Source: Balanoglossus misakiensis (taxonomy: Eukaryota > Animalia > Hemichordata). From it: a stretch of DNA of 64,000 nucleotides. The DNA lies in assembly GCA_040954595.2 (NCBI GenBank), contig CM082581.2:13217921-13281920 (forward strand). Direction: 5' to 3'. Shown here piece by piece: positions 47,154 through 60,500 of this stretch (the first letter of the stretch is position 1; each line of letters starts with the position of its first letter). The notes under the pieces are model-generated. The model searched no databases and was not told the origin of the DNA. It worked only from the letters and a program-made list of their open reading frames with translations. Both the position numbers and the translations under genes were made by a program.

Positions 47154-50100
47154 CAGACAATGCTGCAATTAAACAATACCCTCCCTCGTTGTCACCTTTT
47201 CGAACCACTTTTCTTACAAAAATACTTAGTCACCTTTTATGGAGTTGAAAAGAACGCAGGTGCATCGTCCTGCTCTCCAGGTGTAGTACGTCCGTAGTAT
47301 AATGGAAGCCAATACTATAGTTATTGTATGCATGTTTCGTCTCTTGAAATGTATTAAAACTGCCCTTTTTAGTTGCTTTCATTTGATAACTATGCGATCG
47401 TCAATAAATGGAAATTAAACCCAAATACGTGTACCAAAAAACGTGCAGGAAGGATTTAAAACGGTACGTTTATTATTATCAGCGGCAGTTAGAACAACTT
47501 TGTATAGGCCTTACGGTTTGTTCATAAACGTCGACATGCATGGCATCATGGACATTGCAGGGTCTATGTCTGCACGCATCGACAAATACAATACACGAAG
47601 AGCATTGCCTTTGAAAGAAACTTATCCCCGTCGATTTTCCGAATATGTTTTTAAAATCATGAACTTGACATTTCGCCATGTCAGATCCGCGCAAAATGTG
47701 TCTGTTTATTGGAAATGACACGTCGAACGTGTAAGTTGCTGACGTCACTGTAGTATTTTCAAGGCGCGTCTTCTGCTTGCACAGGAAGTGAAAGTGAATT
47801 AACCCATCGGAACGTTGCCGTTTTTGACACCCGGTTTGTACTTTGAAGCCCAAAATTGAGGGTGTCGTTCCACTTTAGATCCAACAACGACATTTAGAGA
47901 AAAAGTTGAAGATAACAAACAAACACAAAAAAGTGTCTAATCTTGATAGATACAATTTCTATCGCACTGTACCACAACAAAGCACAATGAATCATTTGAA
48001 AATCCACCCTCGTCATTCACGATTTTCCACGGTGCGCAAAACCTCGCGACGCCTACCAACCCCACAGTCCAATTTGACCGCGCACGCAGTCGTCGCCTTG
48101 TTACGATCACTTACCAGTACTTGCGGCCTGCCACTGAGAATCTTGTGTCGGCAAAATGTCGTGTCTACAGTTCATGGGCGGCAAGTATGCACACTTGTGA
48201 TACGCTCCGTAACTTATTCGGATACTCCACCCTTTCTCAGAGTTTACAGATATCAGCCCCAAAGTTTAGTCACCAAACAGACGCGATAGACAACTGAGCA
48301 GCGACCTGTGACATTTTTCACTTCATTGGATTGCTCTGTGGCTAATCTGCTTAATCTCAGTATCTCCGCACTACGTATTTTAGCATTTATTAATATGAGT
48401 CGCAAGACCATATCGCCCGATTTCGTTCGTACAAATTCTGTTAGACCTTATTGTAAACAAATATTACCAAGACGGATAGTCAGATCCGTGCGGTATACGC
48501 GCCGTGGCCGGCAGTGCATACTACGGATAGATGAGTATTTCCTCAGGCTAGACTGCAACATATTTTAATGTAAAGTATTAAAATAAAAAGAATTGACATA
48601 TAACGATATTGTATACAGATTTGCTTTAGAGTCGCCCTATACATAAATTTCATGAACCTTGTCGCGAGATTGGAAATGACTCTTCGCGTCGTTACTGGTT
48701 GCGCCTCCAACCACGGGTTGGTCGGGAGGCCACGCAGAGCTGGAGTCGAAACGGCTTTCTGTATTTATATTTTCGTATCGACAATGTCAGGATTCGTTAT
48801 CAGAAATGCCCGGCGTGTGGCAAGACGTCCGGTCCGACTCTGATGCGAGCCAGTAGTGCGGAATTATGGCTCTTCTGCTTCGGGCGCTGGGGCGTTGGAC
48901 GTCGCGACCGGAAAAAATTTAAAGGACGCGTCCTGGAATGTTTTGCCAAGTGCATGTAACGAGATATTAAGCTGTTTAACCGTAAAGACTTACAGTTTCA
49001 GAAGTTGAACTACCGGATGATCAACGCTGTTAAGTATCCACATGGGGCTTTAAATAACAACAGTCAGACGACGCAATGTTATGTTTCAAAATAAGTATCT
49101 TTGTTGGGTGACATGACCGTAAATCTATTTCCGATCTGTCTTGGCTTTCTGAAAAAATACTCCAAGTATTTTAATTCATCGAGAACGTATTCTGTATCGT
49201 AATCACTTGGCTGGAATCGGTCGATAGCCACGACTTGCTGCTAAAAGTCGTGAGTATGACACCCGACTGTCCTTCGACACCACCGTAAATATGTCGTTCG
49301 GTATTTCTGAAAGAAATTCTCGTCTGGTGACGGTTTTGTCCAAAAGCGGTCCTTAGTCACGCTCGCGAATTATATTCGGAAATCGGTATTGATTTTGTAG
49401 ACCGTATAGATCACCAGATAAATCTATTGAGCAGATAACTGCTAAATAGTTAATTGGGGAGTTTATTACTTTTAATGAATTTAATAACTTCTAGTGTTTA
49501 TAATTTCCAGAAATCGCAATCCCCCCGTTTCAGTGCGTGTGGGGTCGGCATTACCGGGATTTTAACGACGGCAATTAACCTCATATGCCCTGTTACGATA
49601 ACAGTCGTAAAGACACTCAACATGATCTTCACTGAAGCCACACTGATTGCTAGCTAGCGGGGTCAAAACTCGTAGGTTCTTCATTTTTTTTCTCCTTCTC
49701 AAAACACCGTAAAACAATAAATTAGTCACACGAAGCCATTCCCAGTCAATCTCTGATCGCCCCCACGGGAGATGTCGCGGTCATTCCAATTAAATGTACC
49801 CTTGTGTGCGTGCAAATAAAACGCGGTTTCGTTTACATACACAATCATACCAACAAACAAATTTACTACGGAAATGATTCATCAGAGAAAGCAAAATCCA
49901 TATAACTTTTTTAATTTTATATACAAGCACAATTGGCGGTCGTTACAACTTGAACCCGGCAAAAGTTTACCACAATGAAGCGTGATAACTGAATACATAA
50001 CAACCCTGTGATCGAATTAAAAATGCCATATTTATAAATGCATGTAATAACACAATTCATAATCATTTTTCGAATCGAAAACATTTTTACTGAAAATACA

Positions 50101-51476
50101 AACTTTGCTCAAAATTCTAACCTTCTAAAGGAACAGCGTGAATATTGACGGGCATTGTCAAAGCCCGAGTACTACAGAAACATCCAAATACATTGCGTCG
50201 TTGGACATACTGACCACTGTCGAAGAAAAACCGGCGACAACACTTTGTTTGTTATGAATATAAGTGGTATTGTACTTCAATGAATGATTAAGCATCTTCG
50301 ATGGGAGCCTTTGCAGTCGCTGCCGTATAAAACCCCCGTGTCAACAGACATAAAATTAAGTTTTACAAGTGGAGATTTGCCGACGAACCAACAACCGCTT
50401 GCGGTTTCTTAGTAGTGTCGAAGCTGGTAGCCGACATTCAAAGCACCGCCGACGTTTTATCGGAACATGACTACATTCATAAATGGTCGATTATCTTCCT
50501 CTGTGCATGGTCTTCACTCCACAAGACAAACATTTAACAATTTCGCTGCGGGCCTGTGTGGTCACTTATTTTTCCCTTCGGAGTCAGACTTGCCCTTGTC
50601 ATATTTCGGGACCGTCCATTTTATTTGTCGGTGGCCGTGGCCGGTCTCATTCAGTGCGGGCACGTCGACTCCTTGACTGTCGTCAAACTGCGCGTGGTAA
50701 CAGAACATACCTCGGAGATAGCACAGTTTATCCGTCAACACGTAGAATATACAGGAACTATTTACAATGTAAAGAAACCACGTATCTATATAGGGTGTCC
50801 CACACTCTATAGCCCTGAGAAAAAAGCTATTTTTGCAAATATTGAACTCTTATTTACGTAATCAAAACCGTCGCCGGGGAATAGCATGTAACACAGTCAC
50901 TGGAAGACAATCCAAAAAATCTTATAAATCTTGAAATAATTTAAGCTTACAAAAAGATTTCGTTAAAACATTATTTAATCCCAATATTAGAGACAAAATA
51001 GCAGCCTGCCTATTGCGTTCTTAATGTATTTACTCGAAGAACTTAACATGGTCGATTCGAAGGAATATTGTCAGATTACGACCACAGAAAATGTCGTTTA
51101 AATAGATTACAATATTTAACAAATAAAAGTTATCACGAATAAAAAGGAAATCACTGCTTTTGTAATCCATCGTGTTTGGTTATAAACTTTGCCTTGAGTA
51201 CCAATTTCGTGTACAGCCACCTGTTCTTGGAAGTTCTATAATAGCAGCAGCATCATCAACATTGAAAAGTTCAAAATCCTAGTCTTTTTATGTGTTTTCT
51301 CATTTTGTCCGTAAAATAATCTCCCTGGAAAGCTAAAACTGTACATACAAAGTGTCTTCTGATTATTTTGTATGGAAAATACATAATAAATTAAGTTACG
51401 TTTTGTAATGTCATATAGATATTTTTTCGGATCGAAGGTTCTTGTGATTATAACAGCTAAAAAGTTCGGTTTTGGT

Positions 51477-52361
51477 CTAATGTTCCGTTGCCGTGGTAGC
51501 CGTTTGAAGCAGACTGCTAACGCTAAAGTTACAGCAGTTTGTGGTGGCGCCCGGCATTGAGTAATGACTACGGCCACTCACCGGGTACGTGTACGTCGTC
51601 GACGACGTCGTGCTTGATTCCCCATCGGCACACGGAGTTTTCACCATTTCCCTGTCGGTCTTCGCACTCGCTGTCGGCACAGAGTCGACTGTCGGGTTCG
51701 AAGAGACGGCAGCGGTACTGTTCGTGGATGTTGCTGCATTGTCGCGGCGTTTGCGCTTACGTCGGAAGTTACCGTTGTCGAACATCTTCTCGCAGTTCGG
51801 GTCCAGCATCCAGTAGTTGCCCTTGCCCGGGTCATCCTCACTTCTTGGTACTTTTTTGAAGCAGTCGTTCAGCGACAAATTGTGACGGATAGAGTTCTGC
51901 CACCCGGCTTTGCTCTTCTTGTAGAACGGGAAATTGTCCGACACGTATCTGTATATGCCGCTCAGGGTTATTTTCTTCTCTGGGGCGCCTTGTATCGCCA
52001 TGGCAATGAGTGCAGAATACGAATAAGGCGGTCGGACCAATTTAAAAAGTTCTTGCTGTGTTGGAATCGATAGCCACCCGAAGTCCGTCGGGCTGAAACT
52101 CGGCGCCGGCAGATAGTGACGTTGAGTCGGCGGCGGGGGTGGGGGACATGACGGTGGTGCGCTGTACGTCGGTGGCATATAGGTAGCATTGAAGGGATTG
52201 GCAGCGCTCAATGTTGAAGTGTTGAACCACATCGAAGCAGTTGGATAGCCCGGATTAGTATAATCCAACGCCGAAGGATTACCAATGTAGCTCGGTGGTG
52301 ATCGCGGTACGGTATGTTGATACATGATGTCACGGGTTGTGTCAGTCGCCTCCTGTGTCAT
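51477..52361 (-). CDS. foxI: Forkhead box protein I, single exon
   Basis: [29 protein letters not shown]...[59 protein letters not shown] is diagnostic of FoxI. C-terminal eh1-like FSVSSLL. Confidence 0.95.
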   Translation of the reverse strand: MTQEATDTTRDIMYQHTVPRSPPSYIGNPSALDYTNPGYPTASMWFNTSTLSAANPFNATYMPPTYSAPPSCPPPPPPTQRHYLPAPSFSPTDFGWLSIPTQQELFKLVRPPYSYSALIAMAIQGAPEKKITLSGIYRYVSDNFPFYKKSKAGWQNSIRHNLSLNDCFKKVPRSEDDPGKGNYWMLDPNCEKMFDNGNFRRKRKRRDNAATSTNSTAAVSSNPTVDSVPTASAKTDREMVKTPCADGESSTTSSTTYTYPVSGRSHYSMPGATTNCCNFSVSSLLQTATTATEH

Positions 52362-52435
52362 TCATGTAGTGCAACATACACTAAACTCACTATCAACTTT
52401 TAACAGTGATCAGATATAAACGAGCTAACTTTCTG

Positions 52436-52458
52436 TGACGTCACGTGTGTCTGCCAAT
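52436..52458. promoter_or_regulatory. FoxI proximal promoter motifs (overlapping CRE and E-box, plus CCAAT)
   Basis: TGACGTCA 52436-52443 overlaps CACGTG 52442-52447, and CCAAT lies at 52454-52458, all within 100 nt upstream of the ATG. Confidence 0.5.
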
Positions 52459-54531
52459 CAGCTAACGAGGCAAAAACTCCCCGACTCACAGACCAGCTCC
52501 CAACCCAGTCCCCCTAAGCAGTTGACGATTTCAAATATCCGGACGAAGTCAGTTGTAAACTTCGCCCTACATGAAAGTCTTTGTCGTCGAGGGTTTTTTC
52601 GCCCGCTTTTCAGAGCAATAGTATTTTCTCCTCTTCGCAATGGACCGATAGCTGCATTATTCAGTAACCGTATTATTTTGTATCCATTTTATTGAAGCGA
52701 CGGAAACTCCGTACCTGGGTTACTGTAAACAAATCGGTCGACTTCAATGGAACTTTTATTGGGTATTGAATATCTATGGTGGTAGCATGGCACTTGGCTG
52801 CCTTGCTTCCAACTAGTCTGTAACGTTAGAACATTGAAATGGCCCGAGCAATATGTTATTATTATAGTCTTGTTGCAGTGCAACGAACCCAGCTATTTTT
52901 AAACGTTGGCTTTGCCCAAAAAATCTTCTCGTTTACTGGTTTTAGTTTTTCTGTTGACTCAGATGGTAAAATGATAATAAAGTAGGCGTGGTAAAATAAT
53001 TAATCAAGAGATAGTTGATTTGGTCACACCTTCGCAATGTTTATATTCCTTTAAAGTACTCCAAGTACACATATGATGCATGGCCCGCGCCTCTTACCCA
53101 ATACTAGAAAAAGATGCAACGGCACAAATATATATGAAAACGACAACCGGGGATAGGATGGTTGATGTTTTTTATTTGTTTAAGATATCTTTCGACTCGT
53201 CACACCCTGTCTTGTCCCAGTATCCCACGCTGATAGAGTAACTCTTCCCCCGACGACGCGACGTGGTTCGATAAAATCAAAGCAACGGCGGTCAGATTTT
53301 GGGTGGGTATATACCCCATCAAATGAGGCGGGCCACGGGTGTTAGTTCACAAGTACACGCTAGGGAAGCTCCGCGGGAAATCATAAGACTTGATGAGAGT
53401 GTACAGTAAACGCTGGACAAACAAATAAAATAGCAAATAACACTAACAATCCCGTGACAAAACTGCAAACATGTACAAAACAAAGGAGATCAACGAAAAT
53501 CAATTTCCTCGGTTTGGGAGTTTCTTTTGTGGTCGGAATTCTTCTCCAAGAAGAGTGAAATTACACGAAATGAGACTTTTTTGTGACGGGCCGACCTATG
53601 ATTACTGGATCGAAGAGAGTATAGACAAAAGAGGGAAACTTTTTATGCATGATATCTTGGCGGGGAGGGAAAGGTAACACCGGGATGGGAGACTACATTT
53701 ACGCGGTGGTATGACAATCATCTCGGGTAACTGTTTGCCAATGACACTGGCGTGGGCTCTAGTGACAATGCTCAGTCAGCTTAGGGCACAATGCGATCAA
53801 TGGGAAAAGTAACTCAAGCTTGTTTTGACAACGAAACCAATAGCGCACCGTAATCACACCTGATTGTGTTTCACAAGCCGCATTGACTACAAACAAAACT
53901 TGGAAAAACAGAGATTCATCCAAGTGTGACAACCCCTGCCTACTTCCCATACAATACATTCCTGTATTCATGTTGAAGTGAACTAAATAATACAAGCAAG
54001 TTTATACACTTGTCAAAATTGACCACATTTTATGTATAAACAATAGTTTATATGCACCCACGAGTTCGATTAACAAAAACTACGGGTCGTAATTTTTTTC
54101 CGTACAGAGTTTTCTTTTGTCTCGTAGCAGAGAAGTTCGTGATTTAGTTTTAAGTCAGTTAAAGCCTAGTTCTTCAGCAGTGTCGCTACGGGTTACTTCT
54201 CCTGTTCAGACCGCATATAGCAACTGCGCCACATGGTGACTTCTGAACAAACATGTAATCACAACAAATTATATATTAACAATTTAAGTATAATTAAACT
54301 TTTTAACAAAACCATATTTCAAATTTTCTAATATGTACAAAATAATACAAATCATATCGTTCAATAAATAAGCCGGTTCATTCCAAAAAGCAGACGCATA
54401 TTGGTTTTAATGGTCATGTCTTCTGGTCGGCCGTCACGGTAAAAAAATACGCGGCCCACAAAATCTCAGAATCGTTCAGAAGACGAGAACATGAAAGTTC
54501 GGTATTTAGCATTATGATCGGCTGTTATATG

Positions 54532-55218
54532 TCACCACAATAATGTCGGTAGTTTATCAATGTGGTCATCTTCATCGCCATCATCAAGGTCCGAAAAGTC
54601 ATCGTTCAGACTATCACGGGGACTTGGTCGCAGGGTGACGTTCTGAAGCCATCGCACGATTCGTCTCGTCCTGTTGAACGGAGTGTCTTCCTCCTTCTGG
54701 TTTCTCAGATACATCTCCTTCAGAGGAGCAATCCTGATTTTCTTGGTTTTTGTTTCTTGACTGCTGTCTTTGTCTTTGTCCGACCTGTCGGCTTGTTTGG
54801 TTTTTGCGTGCCCGGTGTCCTCCCAAGCGAACCTGGCTCTTGCCGCCTTCTTCCTCGAACTTTCCGCTCCCGTCGTTCGCTGATTCGTCGCCGCTGGGTC
54901 CTTTTTCCCGTCGGCGTCTCTCTTCTGGAGCGGCCGGTCGCACGTCGGGGCCGGGAACACCCGTATACTCGGTAGATTCTTGCCGAATTCCATGGTGGTG
55001 TCGCCCGAGTTATCGAACCTGAACGACGGAAACGCCACGCCGATTCTCTTCCCTCGTCGACCGGGCTTGAAATGCAAGTCTTCTATCTTGGACAGGTTCA
55101 ACAGATCCATATTCTGAACCAAGTGGCGGGGTTGATAGTAACGAAGCTTCTCACCGTCTCTGTTGATGTTTGGTGTGTGGCTAGTCAGCCGTGGAATGCG
55201 CTCTCTTCTCCGATCCAT
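54532..55218 (-). CDS. Uncharacterised 228-aa basic, largely disordered protein
   Basis: GC-rich open frame with coding-like composition, a splice acceptor just upstream of the ATG (~55232), and a C-terminal amphipathic motif RTRRIVRWLQNV. Family not recognised. Confidence 0.65.
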   Translation of the reverse strand: MDRRRERIPRLTSHTPNINRDGEKLRYYQPRHLVQNMDLLNLSKIEDLHFKPGRRGKRIGVAFPSFRFDNSGDTTMEFGKNLPSIRVFPAPTCDRPLQKRDADGKKDPAATNQRTTGAESSRKKAARARFAWEDTGHAKTKQADRSDKDKDSSQETKTKKIRIAPLKEMYLRNQKEEDTPFNRTRRIVRWLQNVTLRPSPRDSLNDDFSDLDDGDEDDHIDKLPTLLW

Positions 55219-56801
55219 ACCCTGTCTTCAGCTGCACACAGAGGCCATTTTAACACCTATGCCCCAACGGGATCTTGTTTCTCAGGAGCATATCGTGAAG
55301 TAAAATATCATCTCATATTTCCCGTTGCCTTGGAGTTCATTACAATCCAACAGTAAACAACTATGGAAAGAGCGGCGACCAGCATTTCTTCAACCGGGTC
55401 ATATGTGAAAGAAGAGTTTTTCCAAGCCCGATGCCAGTGCACCTTTGAAGATTTTTGGAGATTATTATATTGATATAATGTGATTCCCGTGCAATATTCG
55501 TATCTTCCTGCATTTCATCCCTCTACTGACGTCACTTTGGATCCTGGCATTCTATCATTTCCGTCTGACTAGACTGATGACACCATGAACAAATTCAAGA
55601 AGACAGTAGCTGGGTGAACCTGTCACACCAATTTCGTTAATTGCGTCAAATTCTATTTGCCAGAGATGGCCCGATGTGATATCATGAATGGTTTCGCAGG
55701 ACTGTCCATCAATTAACGTTATGAGCGGAAACACCACCTCGACATGGACAGCAAACTTTGAAAACTACCTTATAATATACAGCCGAATTGTTTTAAAAGG
55801 CAATTCGCTGCAATTACGAAATGGAGAGAAGGGGTGAGGGGGTGCAGAGAGAGAGAGAGGGAGAGTTGTTGTCGTTGATTCATGTATTTGGTCATTGGGG
55901 AACTGTTTACAAAACAAAGTAACACGCTCACGACGCTTTCACTGAACTAGTATCGGCTACTTTCGTCAAGCACGCTATCGCTATGGTAACAGTATCATAA
56001 GCAACCGTCGGAGGATGCCACCGGCCCACAACTTAAAGCGCGCTTAACGCAATATTTCAATAATAACTTTAAGATCGACAATTTAAGAATGTATAGCTAA
56101 AATGAAAATGAAGGGTTGTGTTTGGCAGACATTTCCAACTGTGCTGTTTTTCATGATATGGCTCCGCTACGCTCGACGCTGACGGTTCTAATACATACCC
56201 CCTACAACCGCACAATCCACAGAGCCAGAACTCGATCAGACCCCCTTATATCAAATAGTAAGTATATCAAAGCTTATCAGTTCCACGGATAATATGTTTT
56301 CTTTTAATTGCATACCAACGGTATTTTGTCACGTTAAATTGATCGGCTGCTGCGAAGCACTTGGGCATTTCAAATTTTTTGGTCTTACCATGACCACTAT
56401 CTCGATGGTATCAAGCAAGCCATAGACAGTAGAAGGGGAACTTAAGGACGTGTGCGCGTGCGCGCGTGTGTATCCGGATCCCAAGATCAGTACCCCCCCC
56501 CCCCCCCCCCCTCTCAAACACGTGTTCTCCACAGCAACGATCTTAGAAAGTACCTCCGGCATAGGTTGGTTAGAGAAAGGGACTTGATAAAACAACGTTT
56601 CCATTTTGTGGTCAATTTATGTATCTCTATTTCTTGAATACTGAGTAATTCCTACATGTAAACAGTTTGTGGTGAGGACGCCATAGATCTTGCAAAGTTT
56701 TGTCAAATGTTGTGACTGCAAAGGCTGTGCTTGCAGAACTTTAGGGTTGCTTGCCAATAGAATGATTCTTCTCGAAGCTTCAAATTACAGTTAGAACGCA
56801 T

Positions 56802-56864
56802 GGCAAATGTCAATCTGATTAAAATCAGATGTAAAATCTGATTTTAATCAGATTGGGCAAATGT
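56802..56864. mobile_element. 45-bp nested palindromic insertion with 9-bp target-site duplication
   Basis: GGCAAATGT | CAATCTGATTAAAATCAGAT-GTAAA-ATCTGATTTTAATCAGATTG | GGCAAATGT. Confidence 0.75.
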
Positions 56865-57514
56865 ATGCGTGGAAAATTCAGTGTGGCATGTAAGAACTGT
56901 ATTTTGTCTGTAACAAACATGACAAAATTTTGCATTGAAAGTGGTGGAAAGTTTTATTCAGTTAAAAAATACAACTGGAATGATCCAAAGCAAAAAAATA
57001 AATACAAGTAAAATTAAATTCTCCTAAATAAATCTTGACAATATTTCTTCACTGAAATATAACTTGATTTGAAATCAATGCAATCAAGTGTATGTGTGAA
57101 AATTGGAAGAACTATGGATGACCTTTGACCTTTTACATTTTCATCCGGGCCTGGGTCTGGACATACTAGTAATAATGGCTATATTTCCTGGGTTTCTACA
57201 TTTTAACTGACAACTGTGTTTTTGAAGTCTCACGAAGTCTCACGGCAGTTATGAACACTTCACTCCCAGCCTCTGTAACTTTTGAAATAATTGTTGTCAC
57301 TACACGTGGCCCACGACAACATGTCCAACACTGCAACGTTGTCCACCAATGCATCTTAGCGGCATCGAAACTTACAGCAATTGGGTACCATATACATTGA
57401 TCAGCACTAGAAAACCAAAAATACATGCGTGCGACAGTGCTTTCTCTCATAATTTAGGGTCAATAAAACTATCTCTACCTAGAGACTGTCCATAATCTCT
57501 CTAGACATCCTACA

Positions 57515-60500
57515 CTACACTATGTGACTACTACAAAGCGTGTACCTGTCGATTTCTGACAGTGACTTTTTCGATTTATCAACATCTCCTTCACTACTTT
57601 GTTTTTCTTGAACTGCACCTGGTAGGACAACGAGACTTTCCTCCTTCCCAAGACTCTGTAAACTCACAGAGCTATTTGACTGAAGTGTCTCTTTCGAGTA
57701 TAGCGACACAGACTCCGTCTTGTGGACATTGGTGTCTGATTTTGTGGGCAATCCGCTGAAACTTTTACTCCGGCCGTGCTCTGTTTTCCTCTTCGGTCGG
57801 GCGGGTTTCTTCTTGGCCGACTTGACGTGCTGGCAGGCTTTGCCGAAAAGCACGATGCTGTTGAAGACCTTGAATGATGTCAGCCTGCAGGAGATATTGA
57901 GAAACAATTAAAAGATGCAAAGCATGCACCACAATGATCGCATCTATACTTCACTGTAATTCCACAGAAAATGTGTGTTATGCCATTACAAGTAATCAGA
58001 TCACTAATTCTTGGCACAGTACTAAGGGAAGTACTTACGTGAGATAACAGAGGATAACTATGACAGCACTGACAGTTGTCTGAGGTAATTTGATAGACTG
58101 CCATACAGTGCGGAACAGCTAGAGAGAGGAACAGAAATATCAATCAACTAGGGGGTCTCTCATTGGTAGGCTTGGCTAAAAGTCTATGGATTCACAGTAT
58201 TACGTAGAATTCTTCAACAGGTAGTCCTCAGTATGACACTGCAAATATGACAGAGTTTCTTTACATTTTTGTGTTCTAGGTGGATGTACTTACCAAGCAG
58301 CTTAGTGGAAGTGGTACGAAACCCATGCGTCTTGAAACCAGATCAGAATGATCAGAAAATGCCTGGTGAAGAATGAAGTGAGAGAAACAAGTAGGTATCA
58401 ATCTTGAAGCACTGTTATAAATGTACATGTAGCTTAGACAAATATATCATAGTAACTTACATCCTTCTGTCGACTACTGACCATGTCCTGCGCAAGACTT
58501 GTTCTATACTCTTGATAAACCTGTCAAGTGAGAAATATAAGAAAGTGATGAAAAGTTGTAAGCTGAGACAAAGACAAGAGCAAAGACTGACAAACATGGA
58601 TACAGAAACACACACATGAATTTCAATTGAAACTTACATCTGCTGGTATTTCGTTAAACTTTGTGATAAATGCATGTTTGACCCAGTCAACAAAAACCTC
58701 AGCCACCAGTACTGTAATGACATCAGGCATTAGCTCCCATAGATGGTCTGAAAATGATCAAAAGGTGATTGTTATAGAGACAATGTGAGTTGACTTTTGT
58801 AATGACAACACAAATGTAGTCTTATAGAGTGCCAACTCACCCATATTCCAATTTAATTCTGTCATATTTCTTAGTACTACTATCGACAGAAGTATACAGT
58901 AGTGATAACGCTCTCTCACATCTGCAATCAAAATAAGAAACACATATTACTGTACTTGTACAGTGTGTTCCTGTGTGTTACTATCGGTGACCCTTGACGT
59001 CAGTGGACAATTCCAAAAAGAAGAGGGTATTTAATAATGATATTCAAATGATTATTTTACTCACCACTACAGGACATCTGATATAAATTATTTTTACCAA
59101 ATTTCTTGAAAACGCTTCCTTTTAATTCCACAAACTGAAAAGGCAAGGCAATCACGTAAATGCTAAAATTAGCAGGACAAACGAAACAAACAACACTGGT
59201 ATAATCAAGGATCCTCTAGATATGTGGTACAGCTGAGCTTTTTGTATCAATATTGGATGAATGAGAGCAAGTTTGTCACAGGCAACCATCCAAAGAAAAT
59301 AATGAATACTTACATTATTTGACATCATAATAGTTAACAAAGCTTTGTTGTGAGAGTTGAATGCAACATTCAGAGTTGTGGCTTGAAACAGTATAAGAAC
59401 ACAATGGCCAACTGAAATCAGTGTCAAGGAATATATTTCACTCAATGCTAAATATCAATGTTCACAAATTCATGGTATTTCATAGAATGATCAAAGAGTG
59501 ACAAGGATACAGACATAAGCCATAGCTAGCAACAGATGAGGTACAATGCCGATGTGTTCTCTCTTCTTGTTTCTGGGTTCCGTTGCTGTCCAGAATAGCG
59601 CGTCTAGAATATCTTGACCAAACGATGAAAACAGTCTATCTGCAACCTGTAGTTAGGGGATTTATTTCACAATTCAAGTCAGGTTTCATGTTCTACTCAA
59701 TTATGCATTTCAAGATTGTATTTTACACATTGCTGTCATACATCTGGTGCTATGTTTCCACAGCTGGCCATCTTACAGGTGATATAATTCAAATACTGTG
59801 CACCAGCTTTGTCTTCTATACAACCCTTACCTCCAACATATTATATATAATATACAACTTGATGACTGCCTGTCCTCTGACTATGTGATACAACATCGAG
59901 AAATCGAGGAAACACATCAGATAGGTACACACCACCAGGATAAACATTTTCAAAAGATCGCATATCTGGGCTGGCTGTAGAATGCGCCCCCTACTGGAAG
60001 TAGAATGAGAAAAGAAATACATGCATCTTCAATTTCATATTTTGAATGAAGAACAATTGTTAAACACAGTAATTTTGAAAACTATGCAGTATAATGATAA
60101 CCTGGTGACCCAGCATAGAACGCAGCTCAGCTGTGATGCTTTGGTGACTGGTTGCTATTTCCAGGATGTATTCCTGAACTGACATTTCTGCTGGTTGTGC
60201 TTTTAAACAAGCCAGGGAGTCAGCCATGCTTATACCAAGGTATATTAACAATCTAAATTTGGTTTAAAAAGAGCAATTTCATCTGTTAGAAGATAAATAG
60301 ATTTATAGGTTTTTCTGTCACATTTATAATTCCCAGCCATACAGCAATTTCTGATCTATTTTTATATCATAATAATATCTCTTACCCTGTTGTAACAGTA
60401 CATGGTCTGGTCAGTACAGCAAAACATGCCAATAACACTCTCAGTGGAAGAAATGTAAATAAAAACAGGAATGCATCCATACACAGGAAGAAGCCATATG

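Noticed and set aside
48699-48959. ORF containing CPACGK, a possible zinc-finger fragment
   Set aside because: Only one CxxC pair, no matching second half and no family resemblance.
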